Assembly (NCBI GenBank): GCA_043806035.1
Contig: JAZDHK010000033.1
Span: 1 to 64,000, forward strand
Length of the DNA stretch: 64,000 nucleotides
From: an archaeon
Lineage (GTDB): Archaea > Nanobdellota > Nanobdellia > Woesearchaeales > UBA9642
Direction: 5' to 3'
Position numbers and translations under genes: made by a program. The notes under the pieces are model-generated. The model did no database searches and was not told the origin of the DNA. It saw only the letters and a list, made by a program, of their open reading frames with translations. Positions 19,916 to 32,100 of the stretch are shown piece after piece. Within the stretch, counting starts at the first letter, position 1. The number at the start of each line of letters is the position of its first letter.

Positions 19916-20367
19916 TCATGAAGTTCAAACGAAAGAAGAACATCAAGTTCAGAGGCCAGAAAACGCACGGCTATGGCAGCATGAAGAAACACCGTGGTGC
20001 GGGTAGCAGGGGCGGCAGAGGCAATGCGGGCTCGGGAAAGCGTGCAGACACCAAGAGGCCATCCATCTGGAAAGACACCGAGTACTTCGGCAGGCACGGT
20101 TTTGTCAGCAAGTGCAGAACAGACGATACCATCATCACTATCACTGACATTAACCGAAAATGCAATGGTTGGTTGATGGAAGGCAAGGCAAGCAAGAACG
20201 GCAATGCGGTGCGCATAGATTTGAAAGCATTGGGCTACACGAAGTTACTGAGCAACGGCAAGCCAATACGTGCTTTTTCACTCACCATCAGCAAAGCATC
20301 AGCGCAAGCAAAAGAGAAAATTCAGCAAACGGGTGGCACGGTAACGCTTGATGAGGAGCAGGCATGA
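19912..20367 (+). CDS. rpl15: 50S ribosomal protein uL15
   Basis: RG..THGYG..KKHRGAG.RGGRGNAG, KLL.NG. Confidence 0.97.
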   Translation: MIMKFKRKKNIKFRGQKTHGYGSMKKHRGAGSRGGRGNAGSGKRADTKRPSIWKDTEYFGRHGFVSKCRTDDTIITITDINRKCNGWLMEGKASKNGNAVRIDLKALGYTKLLSNGKPIRAFSLTISKASAQAKEKIQQTGGTVTLDEEQA

Positions 20368-21746
20368 GTTTCATTGACAATCTTCCCGAAGTAGCACCGC
20401 CAACACAAAAACGATTATCGTTCAGCGAAAAGCTCAAATGGACGCTTATTGTGCTCATCGCATTCTTTATCCTCGGGCTCATTCCCCTCTTCGGATTGGG
20501 AAGTAATGCGCTTGCACAGTTCGAGAGCCTGAGCATCATTCTCGGTGCAGAGTTCGGCAGCATTATCAGCCTAGGTATAGGACCTTTGGTTACGGGATCT
20601 ATCGTACTGCAACTCCTGAACGGATCGGGGATATGGAAGTTCGACCTCACCACGCATGAAGGAAAGGCAAAATTTCAAGGCATACAGAAACTGTTCAGCA
20701 TAGGATTCATTGTTCTCGAGTCAGCGATTTATGTCATGATGGGAGGGTTGGCGCCTCCTGAACTATTGCGGGGGACACCGGCATTCTTTAGCCTAGAACT
20801 CTTGCTGATCTTCCAACTCATTCTGGGTGGCGTCATCATCATGTTCCTCGATGAATTGTGCAGCAAATGGGGCCTGCACTCAGGCATCAGCTTGTTCATC
20901 GCTGCAGGCGTGAGCAAGAGCATCTTCATCCGCGCATTTTCTCCATTGCCGAGCCCGAATAATCCTGACGTGATGGTGGGAGCAATCCCCGCATTGTTTC
21001 AGAGCCTGAGCATCGGTGACCCCATAACTGCAGCGATCATGATTAGTGCGCTCCTCGCCACAATACTCGTTTTCGCCCTCAGCGTATACTTGCAGGCCAT
21101 GAAAATAGAAATACCGCTTAGTTTCGGCAGGGTGCGAGGACACGGTATCCGTTGGCCACTCAACTTCCTGTACACGAGCAACATCCCCGTCATTCTCATT
21201 GCAGCGTTGCTTGCCAACATCCAACTCTTCGGTAGACTCTTGCAGAATGCAGGACATCCCTGGTTTGGGCAATTCTCAGGTGCAACACCTATCTCTGGAC
21301 TCGTACTTATCGTCCAAGGACCTAACCTGGTAGAGGCATTGGTTACCGGCGGTGCGACGTGGGTCATGGCGGGGCAGGCAGCATTATACTTCCTCATCAT
21401 GATGGGTGGATCTGTGCTCTTCTCCGTCTTCTGGGTGCAAAGTGCAGGACTTGATGCGAGGACGCAGGCAAAGAACATGCTCTCTTCAGGACTGCAAATT
21501 CCAGGATTCAGGCGTGACGAGCGTGTGCTCGAGAAGATTCTTCAACGATACATAGGACCCTTAACGGTTATGGGAGCAATCGGCGTTGGCTTCTTGGCAG
21601 CCGTTGCTGACGTTAGCGGAGCATTGAGTAGAGGAACGGGCATTCTCCTATCTGTGCTCATCATCTACCAATTGTACGAGAACATCGCCAGGCAGCACAT
21701 GATGGACATCAATCCCATGATGCGTAAGTTCATGGGTGGCGGATAA
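20364..21746 (+). CDS. secY: Preprotein translocase SecY
   Basis: LGIGPLVT.SI.LQLL, GISLFIAAG, YTSNIP.IL, IPGFRRD, GTGILL. Confidence 0.98.
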   Translation: MSFIDNLPEVAPPTQKRLSFSEKLKWTLIVLIAFFILGLIPLFGLGSNALAQFESLSIILGAEFGSIISLGIGPLVTGSIVLQLLNGSGIWKFDLTTHEGKAKFQGIQKLFSIGFIVLESAIYVMMGGLAPPELLRGTPAFFSLELLLIFQLILGGVIIMFLDELCSKWGLHSGISLFIAAGVSKSIFIRAFSPLPSPNNPDVMVGAIPALFQSLSIGDPITAAIMISALLATILVFALSVYLQAMKIEIPLSFGRVRGHGIRWPLNFLYTSNIPVILIAALLANIQLFGRLLQNAGHPWFGQFSGATPISGLVLIVQGPNLVEALVTGGATWVMAGQAALYFLIMMGGSVLFSVFWVQSAGLDARTQAKNMLSSGLQIPGFRRDERVLEKILQRYIGPLTVMGAIGVGFLAAVADVSGALSRGTGILLSVLIIYQLYENIARQHMMDINPMMRKFMGGG

Positions 21747-22522
21747 TGGCATCATTCTCCTTCCTCGATCCAGCGTTTGGCTTTTTGCTGAGCTGGCCGC
21801 CTTGGCTGTCCATACTGCTCGTTTCCATAGTTATCACATTCTTGACGACACTACTGTACAAGTACACGACGAACCAGACAGAGATCAAGGCGTTGCGTGA
21901 TAAGCAGAAGAAGTTCAACAAGGAAATTCGTGAAGTGAGCAAGAAGGACCCGAAGAAGGCGATGCAGCTGCAAAAGAAAGGCATGGATATCACCATGCAG
22001 CTCATGCGCCACAGCTTCAACTGGAAGTCCATGCTCTACCCGCTCATTCCTTTCCTGCTTATCTTCGGCTGGTTCAACGCACACTATTCCTACCTGCCAT
22101 TAACGCCGAACACACCGTTCGACGTCACCGTCCTCTTCAATGACGGGGCGACAGGGACGATAACGCTCTCGACCATTCCCGAACTGCAGTTGCAGAATGC
22201 GACACAAACAATAGGCAATAATGCGGCAAGCTGGCAACTCCAAGCACCAGAAGGGGAGTACACCCTCAAATTCGCGTATCAGGGAAAAGACCACACGCAG
22301 CAAATACTCATCACAGACAAGCCCAATTATTACGAGCCGAAGCAATTGATCAGCGGGGAGAAAATAAAATCAATAACTGTCGGTAACATGCAACTGAAGC
22401 CCTGGAGTGGTACGTTCATTGCAAGTATCCCTCTCATAGGGAAGGCGAACTGGTTCTGGACGTACGTCATCTTCGTTTTCATTCTGAGCGTCTTCATCAG
22501 GAAGCTGCTCAACGTGGCGTAA
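21746..22522 (+). CDS. DUF106/EMC3-TMCO1 (Oxa1 superfamily) membrane protein
   Basis: TM + coiled coil + TM, WFWTY...RKLL C-terminus; conserved position after secY; extra soluble insert. Confidence 0.85.
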   Translation: MASFSFLDPAFGFLLSWPPWLSILLVSIVITFLTTLLYKYTTNQTEIKALRDKQKKFNKEIREVSKKDPKKAMQLQKKGMDITMQLMRHSFNWKSMLYPLIPFLLIFGWFNAHYSYLPLTPNTPFDVTVLFNDGATGTITLSTIPELQLQNATQTIGNNAASWQLQAPEGEYTLKFAYQGKDHTQQILITDKPNYYEPKQLISGEKIKSITVGNMQLKPWSGTFIASIPLIGKANWFWTYVIFVFILSVFIRKLLNVA

Positions 22523-22554
22523 GCTTTATAAATGGCCGATTATTCTCGACAAGA

Positions 22555-22815
22555 ATGGTGCGGCCAGCATTACGATCACGATCCAAGCGACGCGTCTACG
22601 TCAGAACACCGACAGGAACGAAACTCACTTTCCGTCAAAGAAAACCATCCCAGGCGAAGTGCGGGGCGTGCGGAATTCAGCTCTTAGCCGTTCCTCGTGC
22701 GAACAAGACGGGCATGCGCGCCATTGCGCGAAGCAAGCGCAGACCAGAACGTCCATACGGCGGCGTGCTGTGCAGCGTCTGCATGAGAAAACGAATGAAA
22801 TCTCTCGCCGATTAA
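22555..22815 (+). CDS. rpl34e: 50S ribosomal protein eL34
   Basis: RTP, C..CG, KRRPERPYGG.LC..C; TATA 22525-22532 (leaderless). Confidence 0.96.
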   Translation: MVRPALRSRSKRRVYVRTPTGTKLTFRQRKPSQAKCGACGIQLLAVPRANKTGMRAIARSKRRPERPYGGVLCSVCMRKRMKSLAD

Positions 22816-22845
22816 GGCGACTATCGGCAGAGGAGGGAGAGAACC

Positions 22846-23118
22846 ATGGACATAGGTAGGATTTGTGTGAAGATTGCAGGCAGGGATGCCGGCAAAAAAT
22901 GTGTCGTTCTAGACGTTGACGGCAACTTTGCACTGGTCGATGGATTGACAAGACGAAGAAAGTGCAATCTTGCGCACCTCGAGCCCACTACGCAGACGCT
23001 CGACATAAAAAAGAATGCGAGCCACGACGACGTAAAGTCCGCCTTTCAAAAAATAGGCATAACGCTCAAAGACAGAAAGGAAAAAGTAATTAAACCATCA
23101 CCTTCTAAAAAGCAATAG
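22846..23118 (+). CDS. rpl14e: 50S ribosomal protein eL14
   Basis: GRICVKIAGRDAG.KCV, RRKCN..HLEP. Confidence 0.96.
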   Translation: MDIGRICVKIAGRDAGKKCVVLDVDGNFALVDGLTRRRKCNLAHLEPTTQTLDIKKNASHDDVKSAFQKIGITLKDRKEKVIKPSPSKKQ

Positions 23119-26100
23119 ATGAAGGGGCAACTCACGATATTCGTCATTTTGGGCATAGTGCTCTTTGTAGCCTTCACCTTCCTCTTCTTCGCCAGGGCTA
23201 CGGTCGTGAGCCTGTCAGCGAACACGCAGCAAAAGCAAGCATACGCAGATCTTATCGAAACGAGCCCCATACGGTATCGCATCTATTCCTGTCTCGACGC
23301 CGTCACGAACGAGGGCGTGTACTGGCTCGGTCTGCAAGGCGGCGTCCTCTATGATTTTCAGGATGGCAACACCACATTTGATCCTACAGGGCAAGGCACG
23401 CAGTGGCTCAGATACAATGCGTCGGGGACGCTCGGATATGAATATGATGCGGCACATGTTGCGTATGGTTTGAAAGAGCAGCTGGATTCGGGCTGTGTCT
23501 ATATTGGACCTCCTGACTATCCATATCCTCATCGGTATGCCATCAGTCCTCTGCCGACAATGTATTCTGGCTATCAAGACTGGATTGCGTTGGGATTTTG
23601 TTCTGATGTCAATCTTGCAGGAGGTCCTTTAGGGCAGAACGTGCTGCAAAAATTGTGCAGCCCAACGGGCCCTAATCGATATCAAGTGTCTGCAGACAGT
23701 ACGAGGACGTGCTGGAACATACTGAACGGCACGCCGAATGTACAGGAAGAATTAGCAGGTTACATGCAGAAACAACTCAAGGGCTGTGTGAATTTCTCCG
23801 AGTATGCGAATATCAGCCAGCACAACATAACGGTCGTTGACAATCCAAACATCACCATCACGTATGGTGTGGATGGATTTGCCATCGATGTGACGTATCC
23901 TTTTGTCGTCTACATTCATGGTAGAGAACCGATTGTCTCTTTTGCGAAATTCAGCAGACAATATCCTGTCCGTCTCAAGGAGATGTTCCAAAAAATAACC
24001 ACCATCATCGGTAGAGATGCACGGAGCGTGCTCTTTAACCTGTCCGACATTCCAGGATCGTATTCTGGTTGGCCTGCAGATTATGTCGTCTATCGCGCGA
24101 TGAACGTGTGTACGGATCCTTTGTGTGGTGTGTATTACTACGATGACATTATCCAAATAATAGACACAGCATCTTTGGTGAAAGGAAAACCATTCCTGTT
24201 CCAATTTGCCGTGCAGGACAGACCTCCCGTTCTTGATTATTTGCACAATATTGCGGCAGGCGGGTTTGATATTGCTATTGCAGAGAACCAGACACTCATC
24301 ATTGATCCACGAGGATATGATCCTGATGAAGGTGTATTGACGTACAACTATTCAGGATGGAAAGAGACAGAAGATGCGTACTTTAACTTCACCGGCTGCA
24401 TGGCAGATATGACAAACTGCATTAACGACCCGTCCTTGTATGTTGTAACTGTTCCTTTTGCTCCATACAATTTGTCGTATTCATTCTGGTATGTGACTAC
24501 AGGAAGGAATGCGTCATACGTGACAAACAGTTCTGACACGGGATTGCATTTTGTGACAATCACGGTGACAAAGGAGAGGGGTTTGCAGGATTGGCAGAAT
24601 GTCTCCATTCTCGTCTATGACTTGCCTTTGGCGACACTGAATGGCATGAACAACTATTCCGACCTCACTGGAGGTAAGGAGTTGTGGGGGTCATTGGAAG
24701 ACGTCTACATTCTCAATGGCTCGGGAAGCAGAGGGAGTCTGCTGCACAACACATCTCGGGTGAATTTCATCTGGAACGACACGACCTGGCCCTGGGGTGT
24801 TATCGGTGTTTTTGAATATCAGCTCGTTCCTGACGGTTTGTATGACATTTCGTCCATACGTCCCTTGCCGTTCAATCAAATAGGAACGCACACGATGTCT
24901 TTGCAGATCAATGACACGACGGGCATATTGAGTGCCCCCGCGTACTGGGATGTCGATGTGAAGGAATGCCTGCCGCATAGAAACCCGTCACAATCTAGTT
25001 ATCCGTATGGTTCAGGGTCTGATTTTTTTAGAAACCACACGTGTTGTACTGATGTGGGAACTTATGCTGGGTCGAGTGTGAATTGTTACGGCAAATCGTA
25101 TTGGTCTTGTAATCCTTCTACGTTGTGTGGTTCTGTATTTAATGAAATTCCTCCCGCGCAACTCGCTATAGGTGTTGATCCGTTTGATGGCACAATCATT
25201 CCCGCAACAGCGATAACAGTGCCGCGCGTTGCTGATCCTGGTGAGTGCAACGACATCTACTACAGGACGTACCAGCAGAACTGCAGCGATAACAGAGGCA
25301 ACGTGTGCGGTGGTGCAGTCCTTGATCGTTGGATAAAAAGCGTTGATTGCCAGAGTGTTCTTACTGCGTCTGGAGATTACTGTGTCGGACCGTGCAATCC
25401 TTTGGATTCTCATTGTCACAGTCCTGCATGTCAGAATACAGGATTTAATGAAGCAACATATGGTCATTCCTGCTTTAATTACAGCCCGGGGCAGACGTTC
25501 AAAACAAATTTTATTACACCACCCGCTGTGAATGGTGTGTGTAACACCAACTGGGCGTGCTCCAAGGACACCAGCATCATCATGAATTCAGGCCATTATG
25601 TGGGAACGAGTCCAGGAACGTATGCTGATACGGGGGGAGCATGGAGCAACTATTCCTGCAGGGCGACGTGCGATGGTGTGGGAGGATGTACCTTTGCGTA
25701 TAATTGCACAAGATGCATCGATACGTGGGGAGGTGTTGCTCACTGTATTTGGAATACGGACCATTATGATTATTTTGGAGAATACTCTGCATGCAACCCC
25801 ACAGATCCTTCAGGACCGTGTACGGGAACACAATTACTACAATGGCCGTCGTGTGATCCGTGGTGGTGCTGTACTGCTTCAGCAGGTTGTTATGATGAAT
25901 GTTCTGCAACGCCGTATCATGAAGATTGCATTGTCAGGGATGCTTGTTTTTCTCCTGGATGTGACTACAATTGGGTTTCTGGATCGTGCGGGTATGACTA
26001 TACGCACGGATATATGGTTATGGAAGGAGCTGCTTTGGGTGGTGCGTGTAGTTCTGTTCCGGGCAGAGAAGGGCTTTGTTGCAATAGTACGAATTATTGC

Positions 26101-26142
26101 TGTCAAAATTGGCACAACGGCGGCAGCTGTTACCAATACTAA
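23119..26142 (+). CDS. Large surface protein with class III (pilin-like) N-terminus, PKD/Ig-like middle and Cys-rich C-terminus
   Basis: MKG|QLTIFVILGIVL..; GYDPDE..LTY.Y, LNGSGS Ig/PKD motifs; dense Cys in last ~390 aa; no C-terminal TM. Confidence 0.75.
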   Translation: MKGQLTIFVILGIVLFVAFTFLFFARATVVSLSANTQQKQAYADLIETSPIRYRIYSCLDAVTNEGVYWLGLQGGVLYDFQDGNTTFDPTGQGTQWLRYNASGTLGYEYDAAHVAYGLKEQLDSGCVYIGPPDYPYPHRYAISPLPTMYSGYQDWIALGFCSDVNLAGGPLGQNVLQKLCSPTGPNRYQVSADSTRTCWNILNGTPNVQEELAGYMQKQLKGCVNFSEYANISQHNITVVDNPNITITYGVDGFAIDVTYPFVVYIHGREPIVSFAKFSRQYPVRLKEMFQKITTIIGRDARSVLFNLSDIPGSYSGWPADYVVYRAMNVCTDPLCGVYYYDDIIQIIDTASLVKGKPFLFQFAVQDRPPVLDYLHNIAAGGFDIAIAENQTLIIDPRGYDPDEGVLTYNYSGWKETEDAYFNFTGCMADMTNCINDPSLYVVTVPFAPYNLSYSFWYVTTGRNASYVTNSSDTGLHFVTITVTKERGLQDWQNVSILVYDLPLATLNGMNNYSDLTGGKELWGSLEDVYILNGSGSRGSLLHNTSRVNFIWNDTTWPWGVIGVFEYQLVPDGLYDISSIRPLPFNQIGTHTMSLQINDTTGILSAPAYWDVDVKECLPHRNPSQSSYPYGSGSDFFRNHTCCTDVGTYAGSSVNCYGKSYWSCNPSTLCGSVFNEIPPAQLAIGVDPFDGTIIPATAITVPRVADPGECNDIYYRTYQQNCSDNRGNVCGGAVLDRWIKSVDCQSVLTASGDYCVGPCNPLDSHCHSPACQNTGFNEATYGHSCFNYSPGQTFKTNFITPPAVNGVCNTNWACSKDTSIIMNSGHYVGTSPGTYADTGGAWSNYSCRATCDGVGGCTFAYNCTRCIDTWGGVAHCIWNTDHYDYFGEYSACNPTDPSGPCTGTQLLQWPSCDPWWCCTASAGCYDECSATPYHEDCIVRDACFSPGCDYNWVSGSCGYDYTHGYMVMEGAALGGACSSVPGREGLCCNSTNYCCQNWHNGGSCYQY

Positions 26143-26199
26143 GGTAAGCACAAAGTATTTAAATGTCTCTTCTCAGTTTCTGCTTAAAAAGAGGGTGGA

Positions 26200-29100
26200 G
26201 TGGTGGAACGTCGGTTACTCATTATTGCGCTATTGCTAGGCTTTGTTCTCCTGCCATCCGCGTTTGCGGAGTGGGGGTGCTGCTGTGAAGGGGCAGGTTC
26301 TGGCGATTACGTGCCGAGTGCGGCAGATTGCGCGGGCAGTTTCATTCCTGATTCTGCGTTTGGCCACGCCATGGATGCAGATTCATGTTATGGCTTTTGC
26401 AATCCTTCTCCCTTAAGTTGTGCCGTTGATGGCACGATAGATTATGTGAATGGCGAACAATGCGAGCCCCCTGCTCTTGGAACGATGCCTTGCCAGACCT
26501 TCAGCCCGCAATACACTGCAGGCCAGCTGTTCTGTTTTGACAATTGCCAATTCAACACGTCTAACTGCACGCAATGTAGTAGCGACTATTGTTTCAATAG
26601 TACGCATCTGGTTCACTGCTCTTCAGTATCGTTAGAAGAGTGCCAGAGCGGTTCTTGTGTCGCGGGAGCATGTACATCTCCAAGTTGTGGATACACTCCA
26701 GGAACGTGCGTCCCCGGCCAGCCATACATGTACGATGGGTCAGCTTGCGGCCACACATTCTTCAACTGCACATGCAATACAACAAGATGCAGTGCAGGTT
26801 GCAATGCAGTCACGGGACTGTGCAATCCAGTCTCTGGTGTGACCTGCACGTTATTTGAGGGGGGCAACATGCTAATTTATTTTGTTGGAGAGCATGCCTG
26901 CCAGGACAATCACTACCTCACTTGCCAAGACGGTGGTGGCTATGGTGTCTGGGATAACATAACCTGTGATCCTTCCGAATATTGTTCAGTAACGGGCTGC
27001 CAACTATTGTCAGGATGCACGGATGGAGAAATTCAGTGCCTGAGCGGCCCTTCCTACTTGAACTGCAGCTCAAACACTTGGTTTCCTATGAATTGTGATC
27101 CCGAATATGTGTGCAGTAGCGGAGCTTGTATTAACAGGACATTGGTATGTACGCCTGAAGAATGCACACCAAATGAGTTTTCCATGACATGCATTGACAA
27201 CGACACCTATGCAGCTAACACGTGCAATATGAACGCTTCTGGTTGTGGTGAGTGGAACAACGGGTATGGCAGCTGCTCAGCATCAGGACAGTATTGCAAT
27301 ATGACGACAAACACCTGCGAGACACCACCTTTGCCTCCAGGAAATCCGTGCACTGATTCTTGCTTAGCTATTGGGTTTGGCTGCAGATCTGACGGCAACT
27401 TGTACGAATGTATGAATGTGACAACATCCGCATACGGTCCGGGATGGTGCCTGAATTGGACGTTGAATCAGACGTGTTCTGGTGGATCAGTTTGTAATGC
27501 GTCAGCTCAAGCTTGCACCTTCTCGTCGGATTGTCCCGCCGGTGCACGGGTGTGTGCGGACGCCTATACAGAACAAATATGTACTTGGAATGCCAGCATG
27601 TCGGCGTATCGTTGGCAGAGCAATCCTTGCATGCCATCGTTCGTGTGCATTGCGGGAGTGTGCGCTGAGAATTTCAGCTTCAGCGGTTTCCTCTTCGATG
27701 CAACTAACGCTTGGCTTGATGGTCAAGTAATTGTCCAGCAGGGATTTACACAATGGATCTTCCCAACAGTTGCTGGAAGGTACATCACCCTTCCCTTAAT
27801 TCCTGCACTGTACTACAACTTGACAGCAAAAAGCACAGGGTACAGGCCGAACATGACATGTGCGCTGCTCGACCAAACGAAAGAAATTAACTTCACCCTC
27901 CAGCCATTGCAGACCATACGAGTCTTCGGAAGGGTTAACGATACTAACGGAAACAATCTTTCTGGAGTCAATGTCAGCACGGAGCACTTCTGGAATCTCT
28001 CCGTCAATGGCGACTACAGTGTGCTCGCGTATGAGGGAGACTTTTTGTTCACGGCATTCCATCCTAATTATGCGCTTCACCAACATCAATTCAGCACCCT
28101 TGTGGATCAGGAATGGAACGTAACGCTGACGGAGACGTCGTGCTTCTGGTTCCAGAAACGAACGCCGCAGCTGATGGCGAGCGTCGTGCAAGGGCAACGC
28201 CGTGTTGATCTCTTCTGGACGAACCCGTGCAATGGGTACAAGTTCACGCTCTACAAATCCAATGGGTCATGCACGAACTTGCGGCCGTACATACAGAACC
28301 TAACAACTCTTTCCTTCCAGGACAGGGACATCGAGGGAGGGATGAGCTACTGTTATGCCGTCGCCGTATTCCATGATGCCATCAACGGCCCGCAGACCAT
28401 ATCTCCCCCTGCGTATGTCAGTGCGATGGACGAGCATTGTCTCAATGGCATCTCTAGTTTTTGCAGCGAGGACAGAACGCAACTCTTTAACTGCACAAGC
28501 ACGAACAATGCGACAGATATTACTGCAGTATCGCATGGCAACGCCACGTTGGACAGGGTTATCTGCCTTGATGGAAACAGCACCTCGCCTGCAAAATTCA
28601 CGTACAAAGCCAACTGCACCACGTGTGGCGGCTTGTTCAACATGTTCAACTACCCGCTCAGTATATCCTATAGGGGACTTGTTTTTTTCTCTATTGATGA
28701 AGATAATGATACCAACCGGACGTGTTCCCAAATTCCCATATGCTATGCTGCACCAACACCCACTGTGAAGGATGCATACGACTCATGTGAGAACGTGCAT
28801 TCCTGTTATGACTATGCTTCAGAGGCAGCGTGCATCAGCGATAACACCTCTTGCAGGGTGGCGCAGGCAGCTGCGCAGAAAGGCTGTGCGTGGCAGCAAT
28901 TGCAAGGCTTCTCAACTCTCGGAAAGGGAGTCTGCAGTCCTGTCGATGAGTCCTTGCAGGACTGTAGCCAATGCAATAATCAGTATTTCGGCTGCTCGCA
29001 AGAGACGTGTGCTGCATACGGCAGTTGCTATTACAACGCGCACAGATACTCCATGTATGACGCCGCACCCATCAGAACGTGCATGAACAAGAGAGACGTC

Positions 29101-32100
29101 GCTTGCGAATGGTATGATCTCGAAGAGTGCGCCCCTTCACAAAATTATTCCATGAATCACACAACGCACGCCAGGCTAACCTTTAGTAATGACTCGCTCG
29201 GCTTAGGGTTGTGTGCGCTTGTCACCGAACCAAATCCTGATGATCCAGTACTAAACGTTACTTCCTGCGTCAAGGACGCGAACAATGACGACAGTCACGA
29301 TTGCGAAATTGGTGACGTTTCCTGCATGCTCGATTTCAACCCACCAATAACGAACTTCAGCTATCCGTCCAGGATCAGCGATGACTTCTTCAGTCTGAAC
29401 TGGTCAACCATCGACGAGGAAGGGCATCAGGCCACGACGTATATTTGCTTTAACGAGACAACGTGCACGCCGCAAACAACAATCACCGCGCACCCGTATC
29501 AGCTCACCGCCGACAAGTTCAATGTACCAGGCAATTACACGTTCTTTTACTATGCAGAAGATACTGCGCACAATCTCGAAGTGGTCAAGAACTTCACGCT
29601 TTTCGTGGACAAGTACGTCAACATGAACGTAACCAATTTCAGAACGTACATCTTCGATGCCGTTGCAGATGAGTGGAAGACCACGCTCGCCATTAACTTC
29701 TCTAATCCTGACAATGAATTGGTGCTGTGCTGGGCAAATCTTACCAGGCAGGACAACCACCTCCTCATCGATTCAGACCTCGTCATCAACATGTCGGAAG
29801 GGAAGGAATGGCTGCAGACATTCGAGAATCTTCCCGACGCAACATATCTCTATACGTGGAAATGCTATGATACCGTCGCCAACGTGAATAGTGGCGTGCA
29901 GACCTTGCGCCTTGCTGCGAACGCCAGCATTTACGACGAAGACCCGGTAGGCAGAATTTTGAACACGACCAGCGTGACCATTGCTGCGCACACGCATGAG
30001 GATGGCATGTGCAGGTACAATGAGAGCTTCATGCCATACGCCAGTATGAGCTCTTCTTTCGATCCCGCCACATACGTTGCTGCCGACAATTACCTGCATG
30101 CAAAAACAATAACTCTCCCCGCGAATGCAGCATACACGTATTACATACAGTGCAACCTCACTGACGGGTATGGCAATTACCGGATTTTTGGCAAGGACAC
30201 GAACTACGTATGGTTCAGCATCGACACGCAAGCACCGATAACGGCACTAGTCGATAATAATGGAGATGGCATCGATGATCAAATAGACCACTGGATGCCC
30301 TACCGAGGATTCAGGCTGAACTGCCTCGACCCAGCCATTCCAGCACCAGGAGAGTTTGGTTGCGAGAACATCTCGTACTGCCTAGGCTACTTCTGCTCAC
30401 CAACGCCTGTTACGACTGACGAATTGCCGCTAACGAACGACGTCATCCCGTACGTGCAATACCTCAAATATTATTCTACTGATGCGGGCGGCAATGGGGA
30501 ACCGCAAAGCATGACGCTGCTCTCGTTCGATAATCTCACTCCGGATTTCACCTTGTCCTTGAATGCGTTCTACGTGACGCGGGGCCTGAACATCATCACC
30601 AACCAAACGTCAGTCGTCATCACGCCCGATGCAATAGACTACCTGTTCAGCCAGGCAACGTTCGGGCAGTTAGGCACGATAAATCTCCCACTGACAAACT
30701 TCACCATCACGGGCAAGCTGCGCGTTCTTCCAAACACGAACGAGATGATCCTGACCTTCAGGGCAAATGCAGCATCCAATTATTCTCTTAAGATATTCAA
30801 CAATGGAACGCCCAATCGCATCATCTTCTTCAAGGACGGTAGCCATCTAGAGCATATAGATCATGTTCTTCCTTTGAACACAGAACTACCCTTTGTTTTT
30901 GATGCCAAAGGTGACACATTCAACTTCAGCGTAGACAACGTTTACCTGAATGTCACGGACACTACGTACGCTCTTGGATCATTAAAGAGAACTGCATCGC
31001 AAGTCCAATTCTCTGACTTGCTCGTCAAGACAACGCACGAATACACAAGTGGCGTCGATTCAACAACCATCACTCCGCAGACAAGAACGTTGAGTTTAGG
31101 ACCGCAAGCGCTCTCGTTCACCGTTGCAGACTTTGCAGGGAATGAAAGAACGAAATCCTTCAACGTCACCCTTGATACGCAACCGCCAAGCATACAAATC
31201 ACGAGCATGCGTGACGGCATGAATGCAAATGTTCTGAGCACGGGCAACGCAGAGGTCGGCACGTTCTTCATCGTCAACTTCACCATCAACGACACGAACT
31301 ATACGGGGAGCGAACAGAACATCAACCTCAGCATACTGAACGGCAGCGGCGTCATCTTTACAGACTCATTCGCAGAACAGAACGCGTATTCCGAACGTTT
31401 CAACTTCACCGACCTCAACAATTCAGGGAACAGCATTAATCTTTCCATCGGCACGTACACGCTGCGGCTGGAAGCAGAAGACCCCTTCGGCCACGCGGCA
31501 GTGCTTGATCACCAGTTCGTCATCAACGACACCATTCCTCCTGCCTTCACACTCTCCATCAATGCGACACGCAACCTTTCCGTTGCAAGCCATCCCTATA
31601 TGCTCTTGCGCAACAAGCAATACCAGCTCGACATCACCGCATCAGAAAACGTCAACGATCTGCAGGCAGTCCTGCTCTTTGTAGATGATGGAGAGCCAAG
31701 GCTACTCGACGTGAACGGCTCAGGAATGTATTACACTGCAGTCATTGACTCACGGACGTTCAGGGGCAAGAACAACAAGGCAGGAAACATTACTGTCGCT
31801 GCAATCGATCTTACCGGCAATCTGGGCAGTGCGCATGTTAACGTTACTGCGGCCACGCTCGGCAAGAGCCAACCATCAATCTTCATCCCAAATGTCTCTG
31901 AAAAATACACGAGAGGAGTGGAAACCATCTACGGATACGCGCCCACAACGAACAATCCAGAAGGGAATCTGGGCATACGAGGATTCTTGACGAGCAACAC
32001 TTCCTTGAGCGTCGACCAGTTCTTCACAGAAGCATTTACGGACTGGACATGGACGGGCAACACCACCTCTGCTCCCCCAATAACGAGCTCCATCACGGCA

